A stretch of 50,306 bases of DNA from Minisyncoccota bacterium (GCA_031973395.1 DALYDD010000001.1:10894-61199); one strand, 5' to 3'. Shown: positions 39,924 to 48,636, counted from the stretch's first letter. Notes: generated by a model not told the origin, from the sequence alone. Program-made: numbers and translations.

Positions 39924-39987
39924 ATATATTGTTCTTTAGGCTAAGTGTATCATAACCCCGGGCAATTATCCGCAAGGAGCCTGTTGA

Positions 39988-41706
39988 TTACACCTTATTG
40001 ATTTCTTCGAATGGAATTTCTTTTCGAAGAGCCTTGATCATGGCATCTTCTTTCATACTAATCATACCTTTTTCGCGCAATAACTTACCGATAGCCACTT
40101 CTGTCGGTTCTTTAAGGATGATCTTTTCGAGGTCTTTATCCATTTCATATGTTTCCAGTACCGCTTGTCGACCCTTGATACCTTTTGGACATTCAGGGAT
40201 CGGATTGACGCGATACATTTCATTACCTTGTGGAATTTCAGATCGGAATTGCTCTGGTAAATCAGCAAACTGCTTATCAATCATCATTTTAATACTGTCA
40301 TCAACTGGAACAGTCTTTACAGCAGGCTCATATGCTTTACCTACCAGTCGCTGACCCATACCGAGAATCAAAGTTGGCGCAATCAAATAAGGGTCGATGC
40401 CCATATCTACAAGTCGAGGAATAATACCGATTGAAGAATTGGTGTGAATAGTTGAAAGTACAAGGTGACCTGTCAAAGCGGCTTGGATAGCAAGCTGTGC
40501 TGTTTCTTTATCTCGGATCTCTCCCACCATGATGATATCTGGGTCTTGTCGCAATGTTGTACGCAAACCAGTTGCAAAAGTGTATCCAATTTCTGGATGA
40601 ATCTGCGACTGACTCACGCCCTCCATCACATATTCAATCGGGTCTTCGAGTGACAATACATTTTGTTCATTTCTATTGATTTCCTGCATCATGGCATAAA
40701 GCGTCGTGGTCTTTCCTGAACCAGTAGGACCAGAGATCAAGATCAAACCATATGGTCGAGCCAATGCACGCTGAATCATTTCGAGGTTTCTTGGAGAGAA
40801 TCCGAGCTTGTCGAGCTTTTGCACACTTTTGTCTGGATCAAGGATTCGCATTACCACTTTTTCTCCCCAATTTGTAGGAAAAGTAGAAACACGAAAATCG
40901 ATTTTACGAGCATCGATACGAGCAGAGAAACGTCCGTCTTGCGGCTTTCTCTTTTCATCCAATTTCATATTAGAAAGAATCTTGATACGAGCAACCACCG
41001 CATCATGCACTTTTGCGGGCAAAACGATACTGGTATTCAAAATACCGTCTACTCGAAAACGAATACGAACCTTGTCTCTTTGCGGTTCAACGTGAATATC
41101 GGATACATCACCCTCGATGGCATACCGAAGCATGGTGGCTACAATTTTTGTAACCGGCGCATCCTCGATAATATTTGGATTATTGATGCCTTTATTTTGT
41201 TCTGGACCTTCGCGAGTAATCTCCACATCGGCTGCAGCAAATTCACTCTCGAGATCAGTCAGGGCTTTGTTCACTTCTCCGCCTAGACCTTTGTAATATC
41301 CAAGTGCTCGATTGAAATCATCTTCTGAAATAATGAAAACTTTGAACGGTAGATTTATCTTTGAGGAAATAAAGTTCAGTGCATCTCGCGCCTCGATACT
41401 GTCCGGATCTACCACACCCACTTCGAGCACGCCGTCTTTGACAGCAAGTGGAATAAATTTATAGTGCACAGCCGATTCCTCGGGGATATATTTGAGAACA
41501 TCAAAAGGAATGTCTCTCTCGCCGAGAGTTTTGGTTGGAACCTGAAGATATTCGCTTTTGGCTTTGGCAATCTGATCTGCGGTAATACCTCGCTCTCGCA
41601 AGATTTCTTCTATAGGGCGGCCTGCAGCCAGAGATTCTTGCGTAATAAAACTCGCATCATCCTTGGTGATGACATTCTGACGCGAAAGGACATCGAGAAA
41701 ACTCAT
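39988..41706 (-). CDS. pilB: type IV pilus assembly ATPase PilB (GspE family)
   Basis: N-terminal T2SSE_N-like domain and Walker A GPTGSGKTTTLYAM. 572 aa. Confidence 0.92.
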   Translation of the reverse strand: MSFLDVLSRQNVITKDDASFITQESLAAGRPIEEILRERGITADQIAKAKSEYLQVPTKTLGERDIPFDVLKYIPEESAVHYKFIPLAVKDGVLEVGVVDPDSIEARDALNFISSKINLPFKVFIISEDDFNRALGYYKGLGGEVNKALTDLESEFAAADVEITREGPEQNKGINNPNIIEDAPVTKIVATMLRYAIEGDVSDIHVEPQRDKVRIRFRVDGILNTSIVLPAKVHDAVVARIKILSNMKLDEKRKPQDGRFSARIDARKIDFRVSTFPTNWGEKVVMRILDPDKSVQKLDKLGFSPRNLEMIQRALARPYGLILISGPTGSGKTTTLYAMMQEINRNEQNVLSLEDPIEYVMEGVSQSQIHPEIGYTFATGLRTTLRQDPDIIMVGEIRDKETAQLAIQAALTGHLVLSTIHTNSSIGIIPRLVDMGIDPYLIAPTLILGMGQRLVGKAYEPAVKTVPVDDSIKMMIDKQFADLPEQFRSEIPQGNEMYRVNPIPECPKGIKGRQAVLETYEMDKDLEKIILKEPTEVAIGKLLREKGMISMKEDAMIKALRKEIPFEEINKV

Positions 41707-41769
41707 ACTTATATTTTACACTAAATAATCGTAGCTGCGAATGCCAGATAAAGAAAAACCTGTTTAAAA

Positions 41770-42243
41770 TTAACGTCGTGGAGTTGTGCCCCGAGCTGGT
41801 GTAGTTGTTGCTGGTGTCGAAGTCGCAGAGGTTGTCGTCGCAGATGTAGGGACAAAATTACGAGAAGATGTAGGATTACCGCGCAATACAATATCTTCTG
41901 GGAAGAGAATATTATCCACGCCAATATCCAAGAATGGGTTTGGACGACCAACATCTCTTTCGCCCAAAGGTCGACTCTGGTCTACCAACTCTCGATATAT
42001 AGGATCCTGGAAGAAACCAGAATCAAATTTAATATTTTGGATGGCGAGCAATTGCAATACAAAGGCTGCACCAGGATCATCCGCAGCAACACCTCCGGAA
42101 GCCGGATCAACGATGGTTTTTTCAAGTCCAGATCCGCTTGTAGGAGTACTCGGCTTTTTTACCATTCCATAACCAAAGAAAACAAGTATGATGACAATTG
42201 CCCCTATGAACAAACCTTTGTGATGTGAAAAGAATGATCCCAT
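41770..42243 (-). CDS. membrane-anchored pilus-cluster protein of unknown function
   Basis: N-terminal TM helix and a Thr/Ser/Pro-rich C-terminal tail. Lies between pilO and pilB. Confidence 0.6.
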   Translation of the reverse strand: MGSFFSHHKGLFIGAIVIILVFFGYGMVKKPSTPTSGSGLEKTIVDPASGGVAADDPGAAFVLQLLAIQNIKFDSGFFQDPIYRELVDQSRPLGERDVGRPNPFLDIGVDNILFPEDIVLRGNPTSSRNFVPTSATTTSATSTPATTTPARGTTPRR

Positions 42244-42248
42244 AAATT

Positions 42249-42821
42249 TTATTTAAGCCAGTAGGTTTGTATAGTAACACTGAAGTTCGATCGACCAGTT
42301 TTAGCGTCAGGTGCAGCAAATGTAATGCTCGTCACATCTACGAGACGCAAACTTCGCTCGAGTGTCTGAACGAAATCGATAAATTTCTCGTAAGTGGTAT
42401 TAACACTAAATGACATTTTGAGGGATCCAAATTTCTTATTATCAGGACCAATATCTACACCCCCAGATCCCGAGCCAGCCGTTGGAGCAGCAGTAGTTCC
42501 TCCTCCGCCAATACTCGGATTCAAAAGTTCCATGCCTTTGTCCCGAGCAATATTATTGAGTTCGATAATGAGGCCAATATTTTCCACACTGTCAGGAACC
42601 ATTTTGGTGATGCGATTCAGATCTACATCGCTAATATTATTTCGCTCAATCGCCAATTTATCTCGAATATCGCGAAGTTGATTAGCCTTCTTCAAAGCAT
42701 CTGTGATTCGCGCCAATGATGCATTATTATTCTTGGCTTCCTGGTAGGTAGGATTTGTAAAAAATACAAAACTTCCGATTGAAGCGATGAGGAAAAGAAT
42801 TGGAAGGAAAATTCTGGTCAT
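42249..42821 (-). CDS. pilO: PilO-like pilus alignment protein
   Basis: N-terminal TM helix, coiled coil and a ferredoxin-like C-terminus, in the pilM-N-O gene order. Confidence 0.6.
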   Translation of the reverse strand: MTRIFLPILFLIASIGSFVFFTNPTYQEAKNNNASLARITDALKKANQLRDIRDKLAIERNNISDVDLNRITKMVPDSVENIGLIIELNNIARDKGMELLNPSIGGGGTTAAPTAGSGSGGVDIGPDNKKFGSLKMSFSVNTTYEKFIDFVQTLERSLRLVDVTSITFAAPDAKTGRSNFSVTIQTYWLK

Positions 42822-42826
42822 GATAA

Positions 42827-43507
42827 TTATCGATTAGCCGGCGGTGTAGCTGGTAATGTTGGCGTAGTGCCAGCAGGAGTCGCGGCCGCAGGTGCAGCTT
42901 GTGATTGCTTTGCGGCATTTATCCTGTTTTGGTAGTACTCGACCACATACGGATCAATACCTGAGCTAAAGGTAAAAACCACTACATCCTTCTGCTTCGA
43001 GAAATTGCTAAAGATCGGACTACGGAAAGAATTCTGTAATTCTGCTTTAGTGAACTGCTGTGCTTGAAGGGCCATACTTTCATAATCCTGGGCCTCACCA
43101 GACATACTAATGAGGATTTTGCCATTACCCCCATTTGTATAAGAGAAGTTACTGAAGCGAACTGTTCGGAGAGTATTATCCTGAAGTCTTGGGAAAATGG
43201 CTGAAGCGCCGATATGGCTTTTGAGCAACATGCTGGCCACATCGATACGATTATCGAGTCGTGTAAATTCATTTATCGAATTACTGTCAAAAGCATTCTT
43301 ATGATCTTCGAGTTGTTTCTTTCCTTTTTCAATTTGTCCAAGAGTTGTTTTATTCCACGCAAAAACACCGACCGCAGCCGCGCCACTTGCAATCAAGAGC
43401 AGGAAGCTAATGAGAAAAAGAACACCCATGCCACCACGCCTATGTTCTGTCTCACCCGTCACCGGCTGATGAGGAATAAATGAAGTTTGAAATTTAGTTT
43501 CTACCAT
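42827..43507 (-). CDS. pilN: PilN-like pilus alignment protein
   Basis: Short cytoplasmic N-terminus, a single TM helix and a coiled coil. Follows pilM. Confidence 0.55.
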   Translation of the reverse strand: MVETKFQTSFIPHQPVTGETEHRRGGMGVLFLISFLLLIASGAAAVGVFAWNKTTLGQIEKGKKQLEDHKNAFDSNSINEFTRLDNRIDVASMLLKSHIGASAIFPRLQDNTLRTVRFSNFSYTNGGNGKILISMSGEAQDYESMALQAQQFTKAELQNSFRSPIFSNFSKQKDVVVFTFSSGIDPYVVEYYQNRINAAKQSQAAPAAATPAGTTPTLPATPPANR

Positions 43508-43610
43508 TGAACTTTATAATGAAAGTATATCACTTTTGCGGATTTTGACTCAATAGATATGTGTACATAACTATTTTTACCATATCGCTATTGCACATTT
43601 ACAAAAACCC

Positions 43611-44735
43611 TTAACGCTTCTCCTGTAACTTGCGCAATGCAATACCGATCGATACATCGAATTCAAGTCCAGTTGCTTTGAGCACGTCTTCCATGAATGC
43701 AGGTGTTTCTACTTTTGCAAACGGTGCACCAAGCTCGACTTCAGTTTGAAAATTCGCTCGGGCTAATTCAAATACCCCTTTCATGGCACAGCCTCCACCA
43801 ACCAAAATCACTTTTCCTAGTGGCTTATTGAATTTGCGCTGATAGCTCAGTATCACACTATTGGCCTCAGAGAAAATGAAGTCGAGGGTAAGCGAGATAA
43901 CTTCAAATACATTTTTTTCATCTGCCACAACTCCGGTACCTAGGTTGCGCTTGATATGTTCGGCACGATCAAAGGTCACATTCATGCCGCGCATAATACT
44001 CATGGTCACATCCTGTGATCCTTTATTAATGATATGCGAGTAGCGCACAACACCTCTCTCTAATATATAAATTTTGGTAGAAGAAGCCCCCAGGTCGAAA
44101 ATCATAACTGGTGCAGTCTCTCCTGTTAGCAATGCGCGTGTACCACTAAACATTTCAATCTCAAAGAAACCAGTATTTATGCCAGCTTGCTGCACAATCG
44201 AACTATATGTATTTAAAACTTCATTATGAATTGAAACGACGAGGACCTGCGTTTTTGGAATAGCGGTTGTGCGATTACCATCCTCATCGGCAGGTTCGAT
44301 AAAATCCAAATCACCGGCCGCTTCGCGAGGGATCACCCACCAGTCGAGAGTTACTTCGCTAATTGGTACGGGAATATATTTTCGAGCCTCAAGTGGAATC
44401 ATTTCTTTCAGTTGTTTTTCATCGAGCATGGGCAATTCCATGAGGGTCACGAGACTTGATTTAAAAGGAATAGATACACCGGCATTGAGGGTTGTAACAT
44501 TGGCTTCTTTGAGCAAATCCTTGATAGCTTCGGCGATCTTGTCAGCTGGCAGACTGGTTACCTGTCCAACAGAAAGACCGCCATATGGACCAAGAGCAAT
44601 TTCACCGTATGTTTCGAGGATTGCCCTCCCTTTTCGCTTGCGCAATTGAACAACCTTTATTGACGAAGAGCCGATATCGATGCCGATTACGCTTTCTTCA
44701 TTTTTTTTAAAAATATTTTGTAAAAAATTCACCAT
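43611..44735 (-). CDS. pilM: PilM (actin-like ATPase of the pilus alignment complex)
   Basis: IGIDIGSSSIKVV and DLGASSTK phosphate-binding motifs of the actin/FtsA fold. 374 aa. Confidence 0.88.
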   Translation of the reverse strand: MVNFLQNIFKKNEESVIGIDIGSSSIKVVQLRKRKGRAILETYGEIALGPYGGLSVGQVTSLPADKIAEAIKDLLKEANVTTLNAGVSIPFKSSLVTLMELPMLDEKQLKEMIPLEARKYIPVPISEVTLDWWVIPREAAGDLDFIEPADEDGNRTTAIPKTQVLVVSIHNEVLNTYSSIVQQAGINTGFFEIEMFSGTRALLTGETAPVMIFDLGASSTKIYILERGVVRYSHIINKGSQDVTMSIMRGMNVTFDRAEHIKRNLGTGVVADEKNVFEVISLTLDFIFSEANSVILSYQRKFNKPLGKVILVGGGCAMKGVFELARANFQTEVELGAPFAKVETPAFMEDVLKATGLEFDVSIGIALRKLQEKR

Positions 44736-44847
44736 GAGAAAGATATGATGCGGGTCCTGCCGAAAGTCCGGATTGCCAAAAAAGATCCGTACGGCAGACG
44801 TACCGCTTTATTCTATAAGTATATATCACATAACCTATTAAGGAAAT

Positions 44848-45450
44848 ATGAAAGACATATTATATGTTGGAAATATCCACCGAAAGATCACTTGTTTGCA
44901 TAAATACGCAGACGAAGACATAAAATTGATTGTCAGACAGGCAAAATTACTCAATCCTAGTGCAATTATGAAGGTCGCATTAAGTTTTTATGAATTTTTC
45001 TGCACCGAATATCAAACCAAACATCAAACGGAGCAAAACATATCAGCCAAACCGCGCATTTTGCTCTTGCATAGTCCCTCTTCCACCTTCGCTCTGCGCA
45101 AGAGAAAGCGAGATCATTTGAGCTTGGTTCTGGAAAAGATCAAGGATTTATCTAATATGGACAAAAGAATTGAAATCGACATCTGTCCGAATGCTTTTTT
45201 GATTGATATTGATAAAAGAGATCCGCAACATCACAAGAATCGGCAAGGTCGGCTGCACGATACCGGCGCGAGATTCAAAATTTTATATAAATTTGATGAA
45301 AATTTCATCTTGAGTGTGAAAAGATATTCTTGCGTCCACATTATCGATGATGTGACGACGACTGGGGCTACGTTAACCACTCTTCAGAATTTGATGAATG
45401 AATATTTCAGAGAAAAGATACCTGTGCGAGCGTTGGCGTACGCGCATTAA
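44848..45450 (+). CDS. comFC: ComF-family phosphoribosyltransferase-domain protein
   Basis: PRPP-binding loop VHIIDDVTTTGATL near the C-terminus. No N-terminal Cys4 motif. Divergent from pilM. Confidence 0.7.
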   Translation: MKDILYVGNIHRKITCLHKYADEDIKLIVRQAKLLNPSAIMKVALSFYEFFCTEYQTKHQTEQNISAKPRILLLHSPSSTFALRKRKRDHLSLVLEKIKDLSNMDKRIEIDICPNAFLIDIDKRDPQHHKNRQGRLHDTGARFKILYKFDENFILSVKRYSCVHIIDDVTTTGATLTTLQNLMNEYFREKIPVRALAYAH

Positions 45451-45686
45451 TATCCTCCAAGCCACGATGCACCAGAAAAATATCCATGTAAGAGAAAACC
45501 GAAAATAAGTAAAACTACCATGACCCAAAACCAGATAATTTTTGCCCTCTTTCGAATAGCCATCTCTGTCTCTGGATTTGCTGGTGTGTATGGTCTACGT
45601 AATGTTGAGATCGAACTTTTTCCCATTCCCCAAATCAAGAGTGCGATAAGTAGGACAAACACTACATAAAAAAGATACTGTTGCAT
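45447..45686 (-). CDS. small two-TM membrane protein
   Basis: ATG 45686 gives MQQYLFYVVFVLLIALLIWG... plus a second TM helix IIWFWVMVVLLIFGFLL. Confidence 0.5.
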   Translation of the reverse strand: MQQYLFYVVFVLLIALLIWGMGKSSISTLRRPYTPANPETEMAIRKRAKIIWFWVMVVLLIFGFLLHGYFSGASWLGGY

Positions 45687-45717
45687 GATAAATATATTAT
45701 ACACATAAAAAACACAG

Positions 45718-45740
45718 GCCGGTCCCTCATCGGGACCGGC
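45718..45740 (-). terminator. intrinsic terminator after the GC-rich orphan gene
   Basis: GCCGGTCCC / GGGACCGGC 9-bp stem with a 5-nt loop. A T-run lies on the minus strand a few nt downstream. Confidence 0.65.
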
Positions 45741-45753
45741 AGAGCGGTAGTAC

Positions 45754-46074
45754 TTACCTCAGTACACTATATGCCTCACTGTCACCAGTGGGCTCGACCG
45801 CCGCTGCAGACCAGTCGCCGCCGGTCAGTTCATCGACCATGGTGGTACGTGCGAAATCTGTAGCAAGGATAACTTCGCCGATGATTTCATTACCATCGAA
45901 TGGATCGACTTCGCCGTCAGAGACTATGACGCGGTCATTCCGACAGATGAAGATCCCGTATCCGCGCTCGCCCACATCGTCAGGGACGATGATTACAGCG
46001 TCTTCGGGGATCTTGTCAGCGGATATGTCAGATTCGTACTTATGATGTTGAGTGAGTCCAGTAAACTTGTTCAT
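45754..46074 (-). CDS. GC-rich orphan hypothetical protein
   Basis: ATG at 46074, with TTGACA about 80 nt upstream at 46157-46152. My hand count of 45801-45860 is 37/60 G+C. No motif recognised. Confidence 0.5.
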   Translation of the reverse strand: MNKFTGLTQHHKYESDISADKIPEDAVIIVPDDVGERGYGIFICRNDRVIVSDGEVDPFDGNEIIGEVILATDFARTTMVDELTGGDWSAAAVEPTGDSEAYSVLR

Positions 46075-46194
46075 AACAGTGTGGCGGGGATTGGGGTTTT
46101 GACCAGAGAACACGGTCGGATCCAAAAGAACGGGCCTTATTTCTATAATAAGACCCAAGACTTGTCAATAAATATCATTTCCGTCCAATTACAT

Positions 46195-46971
46195 TTAAAA
46201 CTTCAAAAATTCCACTGAATCCAAAACTTCTTCTGCGATATCATTCAATTTCCCCTCTTGTGCTTTGAATGTCCTAAACGCAAACCAATATTCTGTCCGC
46301 CCCACCCTCGTCGAATACCAAATTGTCACCACCGGCTTATCACTCAATGCTCCGAATTGTTCATCCAACATATACCAATAATAATTATTGCCATTCATTG
46401 ATGCATCGCCATAATTGCGAAGCACAGCACTCGTGAGACCAATTGGCTTTCCTAAATCCAAATAGACACGGCTTGAAAAATATTCAACCGCCTGCCCTTT
46501 TGTATGAAAATCTTTGTAAATTGTTGCCGCTTGGCGCGTACATTCCGGTTTGGCAGTTCTGGCCATGGTATTGACGATGACATCTTTGTATACAAATGAG
46601 GCAACTTCATCACTCAGGACTTCTTTGGTATATTGCCAATCCACTATCGGTTCTTCGAGTGCAATATTCAATTTATAAAATTCGCTCTTGATCGTGCTCG
46701 ATTGCCCATCGCGCATCAATCTCGCATCCCTCACATGTGGCTCAAGACTTTGAAGTGGAGCCGTGCAATCTATAGCTTTAGTATCCTTTTCGGCGAGAGC
46801 TTCTACCATGCCACGACGACCGGATGTATTAGAGAGATTTGCCGTAGTTACAGAATCCAATGAAAAAGGATTGGCAATGCGTCCAACAGCGACATATGCC
46901 AAGGGCACCATGACGAAGAGGATGAGAGCGATACCAACCAGTACCCAAATGACGGGCCAGACTTTTTTCAT
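46195..46971 (-). CDS. membrane-anchored hypothetical protein
   Basis: ATG 46971 gives MKKVWPVIWVLVGIALILFVMV as a signal anchor. Confidence 0.6.
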   Translation of the reverse strand: MKKVWPVIWVLVGIALILFVMVPLAYVAVGRIANPFSLDSVTTANLSNTSGRRGMVEALAEKDTKAIDCTAPLQSLEPHVRDARLMRDGQSSTIKSEFYKLNIALEEPIVDWQYTKEVLSDEVASFVYKDVIVNTMARTAKPECTRQAATIYKDFHTKGQAVEYFSSRVYLDLGKPIGLTSAVLRNYGDASMNGNNYYWYMLDEQFGALSDKPVVTIWYSTRVGRTEYWFAFRTFKAQEGKLNDIAEEVLDSVEFLKF

Positions 46972-47090
46972 AATATTCCGACGCTGACTATGACAGTGAA
47001 GCGGGAGTATTATTGAACACCCAAATGGGCTTTTTTTCAAGTTGGAGGTTTGGGATAAAATGTGTTAACGTAATACCGAATTAGGCCAAA

Positions 47091-47184
47091 GGAGACGTGT
47101 CAGAGCGGTCGAATGTGCCTCTTTGCTAAAGAGGTAGGCTGCCTTAAAACGGCCTCGAGGGTTCGAATCCCTCCGTCTCCGCCA
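47091..47184 (+). tRNA. tRNA-Ser (GCU), class II, CCA encoded
   Basis: Acceptor GGAGACG/CGTCTCC, anticodon arm CCTCT-TTGCTAA-AGAGG, long variable arm, T arm GAGGG-TTCGAAT-CCCTC. Confidence 0.93.
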
Positions 47185-47185
47185 C

Positions 47186-47225
47186 AAAATAAAATGACCT
47201 GCACTGCTGCAGGTCATTTTATTTT
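47186..47225 (+). terminator. intrinsic terminator after tRNA-Ser
   Basis: GACCTGCA / TGCAGGTC stem extended by A/T pairs, with loop CTGC and a T-run. Confidence 0.8.
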
Positions 47226-47358
47226 GTCTCGAGAGATGGATGTATGAGAAAGGCGGAAGAGATGCCGAGCCAGCAGGCGAGGCTCTGAGCCGGGGTCGCG
47301 AAAATTTCTGAGCGACGGCGAGGAAATTATTCGTGACCGAAGACCGATGTCTCCGCCA
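47222..47358 (+). repeat. GC-rich structured element A1
   Basis: About 135 nt, nearly identical to 49728-49863. Foldable as a three-way junction. Ends in GTCTCCGCCA, identical to the tRNA-Ser 3' end. Confidence 0.7.
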
Positions 47359-47491
47359 AGAAAACAAAGTATCGAGGATGACTCAAGTGCCCCGAAAGGG
47401 GTATTTGATTTACAATAAGAATTATAGTTATAACTAAAAACTGCTTATAAATGATTGTATTCAACAATTTATCGATTTAACTGTGATTTAT

Positions 47492-48301
47492 ATGGGAAGA
47501 AAAAATAAACAAAATATTACAAGGGTCCAACATTTTATACCACGTTTTATTTTGAGAAGATTTACAAATAAACAAGGAAAAACCAACTTCGTTGACAAGC
47601 GATACGGAAGTAAGGGCAAAGCTCCTGACGGGGCTATGTACAAGGATTTTTTCTACGAACATGATGATTTCAACCCAAACGAGATAGAAGACCTTCTTGC
47701 AAGTAGGGAAAATATTTATGCTCCAATTATCGAGAAGATTTTAAGTTACAAAACCTTAACAATAGATGAGCATAAAATATTGATAGAATTTAGGCATACT
47801 ACTTATTATCGATCAAATGAATTTTTTGGATTTCACAGATTCCAAAAGCGTAGAGGTGAAAATGATTGGATGGAAAGATGGGATTGGAAATCAATTAATG
47901 GTCTTTATAGTTCGGACGACTGGGACAAAGATATAAAAAAGTCTCAGCTCAGGGCTATAAAATCTGTCATTAGCGGAGATGATGCCGCTTATTCTGTTAG
48001 CTTGTGGACGCCCATCTGTTTTCTTTTTACCTCGAAAGGAAAAAAGTTTATGGTAAGCGATAGCGGCTCTCTGTGTAGAGGAGATGAAATGAACGGTATT
48101 GTCATCATCGTCCTTTCTCCTTTGCATGCCATAATGTTTCCACGAACGATAAAAGCCGTCGAATTAATGGAGAAACTAAGAGTAAAAAACGATCAATCTA
48201 CTATTATCTTCGAAGACATATCAGATAAAGATGTAGACATAATTAACAAAATGGTTTTGGAAGATTCATTTGAATATTACATAGATCCAAATATTAACTA
48301 G
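47492..48301 (+). CDS. DUF4238-like protein
   Basis: N-terminal HFIPRFILRRF and central FMVSDSGS match my memory of DUF4238 signatures (HYVPxFYLRxF, ..SDNP..). AT-rich: 17/60 G+C in 47521-47580. Confidence 0.6.
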   Translation: MGRKNKQNITRVQHFIPRFILRRFTNKQGKTNFVDKRYGSKGKAPDGAMYKDFFYEHDDFNPNEIEDLLASRENIYAPIIEKILSYKTLTIDEHKILIEFRHTTYYRSNEFFGFHRFQKRRGENDWMERWDWKSINGLYSSDDWDKDIKKSQLRAIKSVISGDDAAYSVSLWTPICFLFTSKGKKFMVSDSGSLCRGDEMNGIVIIVLSPLHAIMFPRTIKAVELMEKLRVKNDQSTIIFEDISDKDVDIINKMVLEDSFEYYIDPNIN

Positions 48302-48636
48302 CGACCCGCATACCACGGCTTCGCGCCAAGAAAAGCGCCAATATATCCTTACAGGACCTCGAAACCCTGGTACTTAACCCACCTGCTCCGCAAAATTTAA
48401 ATACCCCGGCTTCCCTGCCGCGGTATTTAAATTTCTGAGATGAAGGGTGAGAAAGCCGGACGAAGTTGCGCAATGAGCCGGCATCGTGTAACAATTGCGA
48501 CAACACCCTATCGGCGAAGTGCAACAAGGAGGCGGGGTCGACGGGCTTTTTGCGAAGCAAAAAGAACCGGTGACCGAATCCCTCTGTACTAAGTTCAAAA
48601 AGAAGCGCAACACTTTCTTTACTTTCTTTTAAGATC
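48302..48636 (+). repeat. composite GC-rich non-coding block A3, related to A1/A2
   Basis: Starts with a copy of the A 3' end (..CGCGCCAAGAAAA). Contains a 13-bp perfect hairpin (48393-48405/48422-48434), TTTCTGAG, and a GGGGTCG...GTGACCGAA helix as in A1. Confidence 0.6.

Noticed and set aside
41721-41954. 77-aa minus-strand ORF overlapping the end of the 41770..42243 gene
   Set aside because: It is out of frame with and overlaps a better-supported cluster gene. The translation is hydrophobic low-complexity with no start context.
47252-47358. A1 as a genuine tRNA, SRP RNA or tmRNA
   Set aside because: The acceptor-like closing helix and Ser-type 5' segment are present, but no anticodon or T arm can be drawn. 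The SRP GGAA/AGCA domain-IV motif and the tmRNA 5' GGGGCUGAUUCUGGAUUCGAC-like start are both absent.
47065-47367. 100-aa minus-strand ORF (and the similar 48294..48695 ORF)
   Set aside because: They run antisense through tRNA-Ser, its terminator and the GC-rich repeat blocks. The open frames are explained by GC-richness, and the sequence is conserved as nucleotide repeats with helices, not as codons.
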